A stretch of 61,626 nucleotides of DNA from a virus (taxonomy: Duplodnaviria > Caudoviricetes), in the IMG/VR virus record IMGVR_UViG_3300036853_000113, positions 1-61,626 of that record; one strand, 5' to 3'. How positions within the stretch are numbered: the first letter of the stretch is position 1; the number at the start of each line of letters is the position of its first letter. The notes beneath the pieces are model-generated. The model was not told where the DNA came from and made no database searches. It saw only the letters and a program-made list of their open reading frames with translations. Positions 19,096 to 27,169 of the stretch are shown piece after piece. The position numbers and the translations under genes are program-made.

Positions 19096-19529
19096 TTGTT
19101 CATCGTCGCTACGCCTTCACGCACGACCTCCGTGAAAGATTCCAGCGCAGCGTTATGCGCCTCGTCAAAGCCCGGTCGCATGTAAGGCTTCGCAATGTTG
19201 TGAACAGAGCCGACCTCAACAAAGAGGCCGTACAGGCCCGGTGACTGGTCATCGTCGCCAGCCTTCCACTCAGGCCCGATGATTGCTGTGCCTTGTTCTT
19301 CCTTTGCTGACAGCTTGTATTTCACCTTTATCGCGTCGCGCAGCTCACCCGGCTTGCGCTGCGGCGTGCCTTCGACGAGCACAGGAACCTTCGGCAGTAT
19401 CGCAGCGACCATCGTCTCCGCGCCTGCCTTGAGGCCCCTGCGTATCGTCTTCTTGGCTAGCTTGACGCCTGCGTTTGCGAGCGTCTGCTCGACGCCCTCG
19501 AGGCCGACGACGTTGACAGTAACCTCCAT
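19092..19529 (-). CDS. HK97 gp10-like tail completion protein
   Basis: PGELRDAI...YGLFVEVGSVHNIAKPYMRPGFD. Confidence 0.85.
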   Translation of the reverse strand: MEVTVNVVGLEGVEQTLANAGVKLAKKTIRRGLKAGAETMVAAILPKVPVLVEGTPQRKPGELRDAIKVKYKLSAKEEQGTAIIGPEWKAGDDDQSPGLYGLFVEVGSVHNIAKPYMRPGFDEAHNAALESFTEVVREGVATMNK

Positions 19530-19882
19530 TACTGCGGCCTTGCTCCCGGTGCCGGGTCAAGCTGCGGCTGCGCTGAAACGGCTTGCAGGTTGATCGGGCC
19601 GAAGGTGCGCTCATACTGCGCGAGGTTCTGCGCGAGCAGGTTGCAGACTGCCTTCGCCTGCTGGGGGCTGAGGTCTATCGCCTGAAACTCTTTGATGATG
19701 AGCTGCTCAGGAGTCTGCTCAGTGCGGCTGAAGTTGAGCCGAAAATCCCAGACACTGATTTGAACCTGCACGCTGTTGGCATAGCTTTCGCGATAGTCAG
19801 CGGCCTTTACGGTCGCGACGGTCAGCTGCTGGGGGGCTTGCGACGCAGGGGCTTCAACCTGACGGCGCGACTTGGTTTTCAT
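19529..19882 (-). CDS. DUF3467-like protein
   Basis: YRESYANSVQVQISVWDFRLNF...LSPQQAKAVCNLLAQNLAQYERTFGPI; ATG 19882 after AAGGAG. Confidence 0.7.
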   Translation of the reverse strand: MKTKSRRQVEAPASQAPQQLTVATVKAADYRESYANSVQVQISVWDFRLNFSRTEQTPEQLIIKEFQAIDLSPQQAKAVCNLLAQNLAQYERTFGPINLQAVSAQPQLDPAPGARPQ

Positions 19883-19896
19883 AGTTTGTTTTCTCC

Positions 19897-20235
19897 TTAT
19901 TGATTCAGTTTCAGACCGAGGCAAGTCAGCACGAGAATAACGTTCCGCTCACCGGGGTTTTCAATCGACTGGATTATGTACGTTCCATTTTGCGCCTGCA
20001 CTTGCATGTTCGGAAGGATGCCGCTCTGCCAACGAATCTTCACCGTCAGATAGAGCTGGGTGACGTCCTGACCGGCCTTTAACACGTCAACGCCGCGCAC
20101 AGGATCGATAGACGCCCACGTCGTCACGAACGGCACCCAGGCCACGCCAGAGCCCGAGACGCCCGTCCTGCCACGCTGTTGAAGGATCGTGACCCGGTGA
20201 ATCATTTCTCCGGGGTCGATCTTCGGCCACTGCAT
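19897..20235 (-). CDS. Head closure / head-tail adaptor (SPP1 gp16-like)
   Basis: PGEMIHRVTILQ...TWASIDPVRG...VKIRWQSGILPNMQV. Confidence 0.85.
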   Translation of the reverse strand: MQWPKIDPGEMIHRVTILQQRGRTGVSGSGVAWVPFVTTWASIDPVRGVDVLKAGQDVTQLYLTVKIRWQSGILPNMQVQAQNGTYIIQSIENPGERNVILVLTCLGLKLNQ

Positions 20236-20239
20236 CGGC

Positions 20240-20920
20240 TTACCTCGCCCTTACAAGCGAACCGTGCGAGAGGCATGACGTGACAGCATAGGGCCACTCA
20301 GCTGAATCGCTCGCGCCTCGTTCGAACGGAAGGCGATTGTTAAACCACGCAGAGACGAGCAGCTTCATGCCAGTCTTGATGCGCGCCCCCGGCCCTTGCC
20401 AGAAGGGGTCAGTCGACGAGTACCCGCTCGTGAAGCGGATCAGGATCGCTGAACTGGGCCAAGGCGTGAACGTCGGCCAAGTCCCGTTGTATGGCGGCGC
20501 GAGGATGCCCGGCCCTTTCAATGCGTCGACGATGTAATCAGCATCTGCCTGCATCGTGTGAACGACCTTGCTCGAATCGGTGTATTGCACGAGGTCGACT
20601 GACTGAAGAGGCGCAGCCAGCTCGATGCGGTAAGAGGGCCAATAGTCGAGGCTGAGGTCATACTGCTTCTGAACGAGGTCGCGGTTCTGTGCGATCTCTG
20701 CCTGCTCGCGCGCCGCCGAGATCAGCTCAGTCAGCTCTGCGTCTTCGCCGGGGTCTGTGGGCGAGCGTTGCGGAACCTTCAGAAAAGACTTGATTTCGTC
20801 GAGCGTGATCGGCTCTGTAAATATCTGCTGCGGCGACGTCACAGTCAGATTGAGGCTGCCGTAAGTTACGAGCGCACCGTATAGACCGAGGGTGCCAAAA
20901 GGAAAACCGTTGCTGCTCAT
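20240..20920 (-). CDS. Head-tail connector (HK97 gp6-like)
   Basis: EPITLDEIKSFLKV...LISAAREQAE...IRFTSGY...LLVSAWFNNR. Confidence 0.85.
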   Translation of the reverse strand: MSSNGFPFGTLGLYGALVTYGSLNLTVTSPQQIFTEPITLDEIKSFLKVPQRSPTDPGEDAELTELISAAREQAEIAQNRDLVQKQYDLSLDYWPSYRIELAAPLQSVDLVQYTDSSKVVHTMQADADYIVDALKGPGILAPPYNGTWPTFTPWPSSAILIRFTSGYSSTDPFWQGPGARIKTGMKLLVSAWFNNRLPFERGASDSAEWPYAVTSCLSHGSLVRAR

Positions 20921-21624
20921 AGCGGAACCACCTCAAGAGGGCCTGCCCATTTGAAGGAAGAGTCAGCCGGGAAAAGGTCGCCAACGACCATGTGGCGATA
21001 CTGGTCTTCGAAAACGTTGTTGGGGTCGACCGAGTTGTACCAATGAAACTTCCTGATGCGATCCTCCCGGTGCATATAGCCGTAATGAAGCAGGCGCACA
21101 GCCAGCGGCGTCACGCTCGCGAGCAGCTGCGCAGGCGCTGACGAGCAGTGGAAGTTTCCACCGAAGGCGGTCCGTTTGAAAGTCAGCAGCGGACTCACGA
21201 GGCGAAACAGAGATGGACGCCGGAACGCCTTGTACCAGCGGTCGACTCGAATCTGTTGCTCGTTGTCCCAGAGATAAACAATGTGCGTCGATCCGCAGAC
21301 GACCTTCGCGTCTACTGCCTTGACGACCGCAGGCGCGTCATCCGGGTGAAGCGCCTCGTCGCCGTCGACCATCAGGCACGTATCACCCAGACGCGCACCC
21401 GATGCCCAGACTTTTGCCAGCAGATAGTCCTTGTCCCGCGCCTCGTGTATATCCTCGAAGGGCGACGCGAAGACTTCGCAGCCGAGCTGTCGACAGAGCA
21501 GCGCCGTCTCGTCTTCAGAGTTGTCGTCGAGGACGAAGACGTTATCGCAGACCAGCTGTATCGAGCGCACCACTCGCTCTATCCAGCGCGCCTCATTCCT
21601 GACCCGCAGCATGCCGTGGATCAA
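20917..21624 (-). CDS. Glycosyltransferase family 2
   Basis: MLRVRNEARWI...VLDDNSEDET...MVDGDE...LLHYGY; TTG start overlaps upstream stop (TTGA). Confidence 0.8.
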   Translation of the reverse strand: MIHGMLRVRNEARWIERVVRSIQLVCDNVFVLDDNSEDETALLCRQLGCEVFASPFEDIHEARDKDYLLAKVWASGARLGDTCLMVDGDEALHPDDAPAVVKAVDAKVVCGSTHIVYLWDNEQQIRVDRWYKAFRRPSLFRLVSPLLTFKRTAFGGNFHCSSAPAQLLASVTPLAVRLLHYGYMHREDRIRKFHWYNSVDPNNVFEDQYRHMVVGDLFPADSSFKWAGPLEVVPL

Positions 21625-22280
21625 GCCGCCCCCCACTTCTTGAGATATAGTGCCCAGTTCTGCGCATAAGAACGCGATGCGAGCGGGTCGCCTCTGAACG
21701 TGCTCGACAGACTCGCGTGGTCGACATAGCAGTGATCGAAGACACCGCACTTCAGACCGCCTGCTCTGACGCTCTCGCAGTAGTCGCGATCCTCGACGCC
21801 GTAGTCGAGACAGTACCGCTCGTCGAGCATGCCGACCCTCGCAATGGTCCTTCGCGGGATCAGCACGCAGACGAACGCGAAGTGTGGGACCTCGCGCAGC
21901 CCCCAGCCTCGCGGCTTCTGTAGCGGCTGGCCGGTCACGTTCGTGACAGCGCCGATGATGCCGTAGTCGAGATGCTCGCGCGCAACCTGCTGCATTGCTG
22001 AGAAGCCACCCATCGTCTCAAGCAGCGCATCGTCGTTCAATAAAATGACGTCGTTATTCCCAGACGAGAGCATCCCAAAATTGCAGTTTCGCGCATAGAT
22101 GAAGTCTAGAAATACCTCGCGCACACGATAGAAGTCAGACCTCGGTGGACTCCAGTCGTTCTCTTTGCTGCGATCCCAGACGACGATGATTTCGCAGTCA
22201 TCGTGCTGACGCACGGCATCCATGCACGGTATCAGGTTCGACATCGAGCGGCTTGGGATGACGACAGTCAGGTCACTCAT
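21621..22280 (-). CDS. Glycosyltransferase family 2
   Basis: LTVVIPS...YARNCNFG...LLNDDA...VGMLDERY..YGVEDRDYC. Confidence 0.85.
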   Translation of the reverse strand: MSDLTVVIPSRSMSNLIPCMDAVRQHDDCEIIVVWDRSKENDWSPPRSDFYRVREVFLDFIYARNCNFGMLSSGNNDVILLNDDALLETMGGFSAMQQVAREHLDYGIIGAVTNVTGQPLQKPRGWGLREVPHFAFVCVLIPRRTIARVGMLDERYCLDYGVEDRDYCESVRAGGLKCGVFDHCYVDHASLSSTFRGDPLASRSYAQNWALYLKKWGAA

Positions 22281-22398
22281 CTGCTTCCCCCAAACAGTGC
22301 TTCTCCTAACGGACCGAATATTGCTGTGACGAGTCGGATGGGCCAGGGGCGCTTTGGCGGTACTGGACTGCTGTCCGTGTTTTCGCGTTTACATGACT

Positions 22399-22996
22399 TC
22401 ATTGGAGTCTCTTCCATGCCTCGGTCAAATACCTGGGGCTGGTGTTGTTCGAGTGAATCGTTGCGTGCATCAGCTCGCCTGCGTCCACGCTGACAAGTTG
22501 CTTTGCTCGACGCGCCGCCGCGACGAAGTAGTTGTCTTCACCGACCTGACGCGCCTCGAAGGGATGCTGCTGCCACCAGCTGCGCAGGTAGCAAAGCGAA
22601 GTACCCAGTGCATAGTCGTGCGTGCCCTGATACAGCCACCAATGCGTGCCATCGGTGAACCGCATCGAGTGATAACCGGTCACGCTGCACTTTTCCGACA
22701 GCCGCGCCACCTGATCAGCGACTCTTGCAGGAGCACTCCAGTCGTCATCGTCCCAGTGACAGATGACCTCGCCGCGCGCTCGTTCGCAGCCATAGTTGCG
22801 CTTCTCGCCGATGTTGCGCGTCTCAGCCAAATGAATCAGCTGAATGCGCGGGTCATCTGGAACGACGTCGCGCACGTCCTGCCCGTCTGACAGGATCAGG
22901 AGCAGGCTGCTGCGGTAAGTCTGCGTCAGAAAACTCTCGATGGCTTTCGGCAACCACGTCTTCCGGTTGCGCGTTAAACACAGACAGGTTACGAAA
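22399..22996 (-). CDS. Glycosyltransferase family 2 whose N-terminus lacks its own start; possibly reached by a +1 frameshift
   Basis: FVTCLCLTRNRKTWLPKAIESFLTQTY...IGEKRNYGCERARGEVICHWDDDDW...GED. Confidence 0.75.
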
Positions 22997-23191
22997 CGGT
23001 GGCCGCGCGCTCACCGTGGGAGCTTCAGGCGTGATCACTTTCGTCTCGTACTCGACAGCAGGCGAGGCTGCGGTTCGCGCCATGTTCTTCCTGAGCAATA
23101 CCTGCGCTGTTTCGTCGCGCACTTCGAAGGGTTGGTCAGGTGCGACGCTGCCGTACTCGCCTCGCAGCTGCGTATTCGCAATCAGCTTCAC
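22853..23191 (-). CDS. Small head-region protein
   Basis: GTG start overlapping upstream TGA (GTGA); MKLIANTQLRGEYGSVAPDQPFEVRDETAQVLLRKNMA resembles small proteins following HK97 capsid genes. Confidence 0.55.
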   Translation of the reverse strand: MKLIANTQLRGEYGSVAPDQPFEVRDETAQVLLRKNMARTAASPAVEYETKVITPEAPTVSARPPFRNLSVFNAQPEDVVAESHREFSDADLPQQPAPDPVRRAGRARRRSR

Positions 23192-23346
23192 AGACGCAGG
23201 CCCCCGCGAACGAAGACGAGATACAGGATGATCAGCAGCAGGATGAAACCGAGGCCACCGCCGCCATAGTAGCCCGCTCCTGGCCCCATCCGATAGCCGC
23301 CGAAGCAGACGAGAAGCAGCAAGATGACAAGGATAATGAGCATCAT
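23188..23346 (-). CDS. Small membrane protein (DUF3309-like)
   Basis: MLIILVILLLLVCFGG...GYYGGGGLGFILLLIILYLVF; AAGGAG RBS. Confidence 0.7.
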   Translation of the reverse strand: MMLIILVILLLLVCFGGYRMGPGAGYYGGGGLGFILLLIILYLVFVRGGLRL

Positions 23347-23373
23347 TTTCTCCTTCATATTGAGTTGAAAAAT

Positions 23374-23409
23374 ACGGAGCTGCTTCCCCATGGCAAGGAG
23401 CAGCTCCGT
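23374..23409 (-). terminator. Hairpin / likely intrinsic terminator after the major capsid gene
   Basis: ACGGAGCTGC...GCAGCTCCGT inverted repeat followed by ATTTT on the minus strand. Confidence 0.55.
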
Positions 23410-23430
23410 TGGAAGCCAACAGGCAAACGG

Positions 23431-24654
23431 TTAAGCGTGGAAGGGCGAAGTGCTGAACGATCCGCTGACGAACGCATTCGGGCGTTTGGTCAACAGCGCC
23501 AAGCGCTTCTCTGCCCTGATCGCGACGAGGTTGCGCAGGAAGTAATCCTGATTCTCCGTCGAGATTTCCACTTGCATTTCCATGCGGTCACGAATCTCGC
23601 AGGCAATGGGGTTGCCGTTGCCGACGAGGAAGTGACCCGGTGCAATCGTGGTCGTGTACACCACGTCGAGGCCGAACAAGCGAGGCGTCGCGTTCACTTG
23701 CGGATCGCCAAGGATGTACCGACCGAAGCCATCTTTCGTCAAACGAATCGTCCACCAGTCGTTCGTGTTGAGCACGACGAAGGTCGGGTCGATCTCGTTT
23801 GCAGCATTGATCTGCTGCACCGCTGTGCCGATGACGTCGATATAGGTCCAGCCATGTGCCGATTGCAGCTGACTCGGCAGATACGCCGCAGCCTGCGGTA
23901 AGAGGCCATGAAGGTTTTCGCCCGTATCATCACCGGCTAAGAGTTGGTTTTCCTCCTCCAAGTTGATGTAGTACGGAAGCGAAGACTGAATGAGGCCGAG
24001 CAGTTCGCCGAAGTCGTCGAGTACCTGCTTGGTCGCGGGGAGCCACGTTGCGATCAGGCGAACCTTCTCGCTGATCGACGTGAAGGTGAGCGCGTTCTCA
24101 GGTTTGAGACTCGCTTCAGGAACCATCCCGCCTAGTCCTAGCGGCGTGCTGACTTTCACGAAGTCGACAACCTGCATGGTGGTAGGCCGCGAGGAAAGCA
24201 GGTCCCGCAGCTTTAGTACCTGCCTCGCCTCGGTCGTGACGCCGGGAGAGCGGTCGATCTGCAACACCCCCGAGGTCGCGACGCCAAGCGGTGAGAGAGG
24301 ATCGCCCCCAGACGTGCCGGTCGCCGTCGCGCTGATGATGTTCTTACGGTTCATCAGCTCGATGACGTCGCGCCCCTTCAGGTGCAGCACTGCGCTGCCA
24401 CGCTTGTCCTTCATCAGCCGCTGAATGCTCTCGCACTCCTTGACTGTTTTGACGAGCGTCGGGCCTTCGCCATGATCGGCAATCTGCTTGTTGGCTAGCT
24501 TCACATCAAGCGCGTCGACCTGCGCCTGAAGCTCGACCAGCGTGGTTTTGGTTGAGTCGAGTGTGGCTCCGAGCGTTTTCTTTTCGTCGGCAGCCTTCTC
24601 GAAATGGGTCTTCAGCTCTGCCTGCAGAGCTGTCAACTGTTCTGTAAGTTCCAT
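23431..24654 (-). CDS. Major capsid protein, HK97 fold, with N-terminal delta domain
   Basis: VPEASLKPE, EENQLLAGDDTGENLHGLL, KDGFGRYILG, RLFGLDVV, FLRNLVAIRAEKRLAL..RPNAFV. Confidence 0.95.
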   Translation of the reverse strand: MELTEQLTALQAELKTHFEKAADEKKTLGATLDSTKTTLVELQAQVDALDVKLANKQIADHGEGPTLVKTVKECESIQRLMKDKRGSAVLHLKGRDVIELMNRKNIISATATGTSGGDPLSPLGVATSGVLQIDRSPGVTTEARQVLKLRDLLSSRPTTMQVVDFVKVSTPLGLGGMVPEASLKPENALTFTSISEKVRLIATWLPATKQVLDDFGELLGLIQSSLPYYINLEEENQLLAGDDTGENLHGLLPQAAAYLPSQLQSAHGWTYIDVIGTAVQQINAANEIDPTFVVLNTNDWWTIRLTKDGFGRYILGDPQVNATPRLFGLDVVYTTTIAPGHFLVGNGNPIACEIRDRMEMQVEISTENQDYFLRNLVAIRAEKRLALLTKRPNAFVSGSFSTSPFHA

Positions 24655-24689
24655 ATCGATGTCCTTCTTAGTGCTGTGATTTCCCGCAC

Positions 24690-25757
24690 TCACGCCTTCG
24701 GGATCAGCGCCCTCATGTTGAGGAGTTGTGTTGCGGCTGCCGAGTGATCAGTTACGACCGGCTCGGACTTTACTTCCGGTACGGCTGCTGCGCCTTTTGA
24801 AGTGTCGTCGTCGTCATCTTCCTCGTCGTCGTCTTCGGCTCCATCGGGCAGCAGTGTCCCGAAAATATCTGCCAGGCCCTTGATGTGTTCGTGGGCTTGG
24901 TCCAAAGCTTTTTTGGTAGTCGCGCTGAACTTCGCGCCCTTCTTCACTTCCTCCGGCGTCAGCGGAAGAGGCGCAGAGGGCGCAGCCTTCATCCTGCTCG
25001 ACAGCAGCGAGCCGAAGCTCTTCTCTTCTGCGTGCAGCGCGCTCATCATTTCCATGTCGCCGAAGACTGACTCCAGCCAGTCGAGGTACTGCGGCAGATA
25101 CGCCATGTACGCTTCAGAGAACTGATCAATCGTGGCCTTCGATGCGGTGATCTTGTCAGCCTTGGTTAGACCGCTGCCCCACGTCACAGACCCCAGCGAC
25201 TGAAAGAGCGCAGCGCGCATCTGGTATCCGGCGTCCTGCAATTGAATCTCGCTCAGCTCTTCGTTGAAGTCGCCCTTCGTTTCAGCTGCGCCTGCTCCTG
25301 CGCGCATCTTCACTGACGTGATCATCGCCATCTCGTTCATCGGGAACGTGACGATGCTTCCCTCCCACAGCCTGATTTCTTTCAGGCGGCGCACGCCGTT
25401 CTCGACTGAATCCTTGATGGTGTCGAAGCCGATAGACAGGCCCTTGATGACGCGCGCTTTGATGAGGATGTAAGCGCGCTTGGCGTCGTCCAGCTCCATC
25501 AGCAACTCGCCTTTCACCTTCAGCGCTTCCGGCGTGTCGATCAGTGTCAGGGTGCCGATGGGCTTCTCGGAGTTGTGCTGCCACAGCATCGGTACAGTCC
25601 CGCCGCGCTCCTTGATCGTCTTCGCGAACGCCCCCGGCTCGATAAGGTCACCACCGAGATCGAGGTTGTTATAGACAGCGAGGTCGCCCTCGAAGGTGCC
25701 GTCTTCCGCAAGCGACTTGATCTGAAGCTGGATGGGCTTGCCTTTAGTTGCTGGCAT
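24690..25757 (-). CDS. HK97-family prohead protease with long C-terminal extension
   Basis: FEGDLAVYNNLDLGGDLIEPGAF, MLWQH, GLSIGF, LWEGSIVTFPMN. Confidence 0.9.
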   Translation of the reverse strand: MPATKGKPIQLQIKSLAEDGTFEGDLAVYNNLDLGGDLIEPGAFAKTIKERGGTVPMLWQHNSEKPIGTLTLIDTPEALKVKGELLMELDDAKRAYILIKARVIKGLSIGFDTIKDSVENGVRRLKEIRLWEGSIVTFPMNEMAMITSVKMRAGAGAAETKGDFNEELSEIQLQDAGYQMRAALFQSLGSVTWGSGLTKADKITASKATIDQFSEAYMAYLPQYLDWLESVFGDMEMMSALHAEEKSFGSLLSSRMKAAPSAPLPLTPEEVKKGAKFSATTKKALDQAHEHIKGLADIFGTLLPDGAEDDDEEDDDDDTSKGAAAVPEVKSEPVVTDHSAAATQLLNMRALIPKA

Positions 25758-25801
25758 GAGTGTTCCTTTCGGGTCGTAATTACGGTGTAACTAGAGGGTT
25801 C

Positions 25802-27169
25802 TTATTCGCTGATCCGCACAAGCTGCGGCGACTGCGCAGGCGCAACTGCAGGTGCGTTCGGCGGCGGCACGGTCTGCATGTTGAGCTGTATATAGTGCCC
25901 GTCACCACCCTTAAACGGGTTCATGTCTTCCATGTTGCGGACCTCGTTGTCACTCGCAACGCCGTTCTGGAGCATGATCGAGTAGCCTTGCATGCGCGTC
26001 AGAAAGTCGCCGCGCAGCAGTTCGCTCGTGTTGTGCTTGAAGTAGTAGCCCTTCGACTTTTCATCGGAGGTCAGAACACAGCGCCACAAGTCCTGTTCCC
26101 ATCGGGTAAACCACGACTGCATTGTGACCTTGATGAACTCCAGCGCGAGCTGCTCAATGTTGGAGAACGTCGCGCGACTCAGGTCACCAACGAGATGCGG
26201 ACTGACAAGGAACCACCGACAGATTTCGTGAATGTCGAAGAGGCGCGTTTCGATCATCTGCTGGTCGACTGCACTGAGGCCGACCTGCTTGTACTTCATG
26301 TCGTTCTCTAGAATCGGAGCCTTGTGCGGCTCTGAGTAAACCGATTCCCAGTCTGCGCGAAACTTTGCGAAGTCAGTATCTTTGGCGAAGTTGTGCGCCT
26401 TCTCCAACACGTAAGGCACGCGCCCACCGTTCGCGTAGAACCGCGCGACGTTGCGCTCTGCTGCAAGCGCAGTGCCGAAGCTCTGCCGCGCCATCGTGAT
26501 GACGGAGTAACCGCGCAGGCCGTCCCAGCCCAGGCCCCGTATGTGCAGGATGTCCTGCGGCTTTCCTGGCGTCAGGGGGTAAGTCGTGTCTTTGTTATCG
26601 GCGCGCACGATGTACACCAGACGGCGCTGACCGTCCCTCTCGCGGTCGATGCTGACCTGCTCAGGGTTCAGGCCATGCAGCTCGACAGCAACGCCTGTGC
26701 CGCTCCTGCGAACGATCTGCGCGTAGCCGTTGCCGGTCAGCAGCGTGTGACTCGTGCGACTCTCTTTGAAGCTCATCGCAGTCGTCTCGTCGTTCGGCGA
26801 GTTGCGCAATGCTGAGAACATCGGCTTATCAGTCGCCAGCTCCTTGCCATTGCCTCCGTCTTGCAGCATCACTAGCGGCGTCGCACCCTGCGTCTCGCTG
26901 ATGAGGCGATTGCACGCCCAGACGACCGAGTGAGCCATCGACGACTCAAGCGAGACGACTTCACCTGATGCAGCAGGCGCGCCGCCAGAGAGCAGCGCAT
27001 AGAGACGCGGGAAGCCGTTGCGTGCGTACCAGCCGACGTTGGATGCATCAAACGAAACGTTCCCGGCTGTCTTCGCTCCCTCGATGTCAAGCGCGAGCGT
27101 CTCATCGCCCATCCCTGCGCGCAGCGTCTTAACGACGCTCTTTACTGCGTCTGCGATTGCTGGGAACAC
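25802..27169 (-). CDS. Portal protein, HK97 family
   Basis: LLTGNGYA, DILHIRGLGWDGLRGYS, ATFSNIEQ, LLRGD, NEVRNMEDMNP..GGD. Confidence 0.95.
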   Translation of the reverse strand: MFPAIADAVKSVVKTLRAGMGDETLALDIEGAKTAGNVSFDASNVGWYARNGFPRLYALLSGGAPAASGEVVSLESSMAHSVVWACNRLISETQGATPLVMLQDGGNGKELATDKPMFSALRNSPNDETTAMSFKESRTSHTLLTGNGYAQIVRRSGTGVAVELHGLNPEQVSIDRERDGQRRLVYIVRADNKDTTYPLTPGKPQDILHIRGLGWDGLRGYSVITMARQSFGTALAAERNVARFYANGGRVPYVLEKAHNFAKDTDFAKFRADWESVYSEPHKAPILENDMKYKQVGLSAVDQQMIETRLFDIHEICRWFLVSPHLVGDLSRATFSNIEQLALEFIKVTMQSWFTRWEQDLWRCVLTSDEKSKGYYFKHNTSELLRGDFLTRMQGYSIMLQNGVASDNEVRNMEDMNPFKGGDGHYIQLNMQTVPPPNAPAVAPAQSPQLVRISE

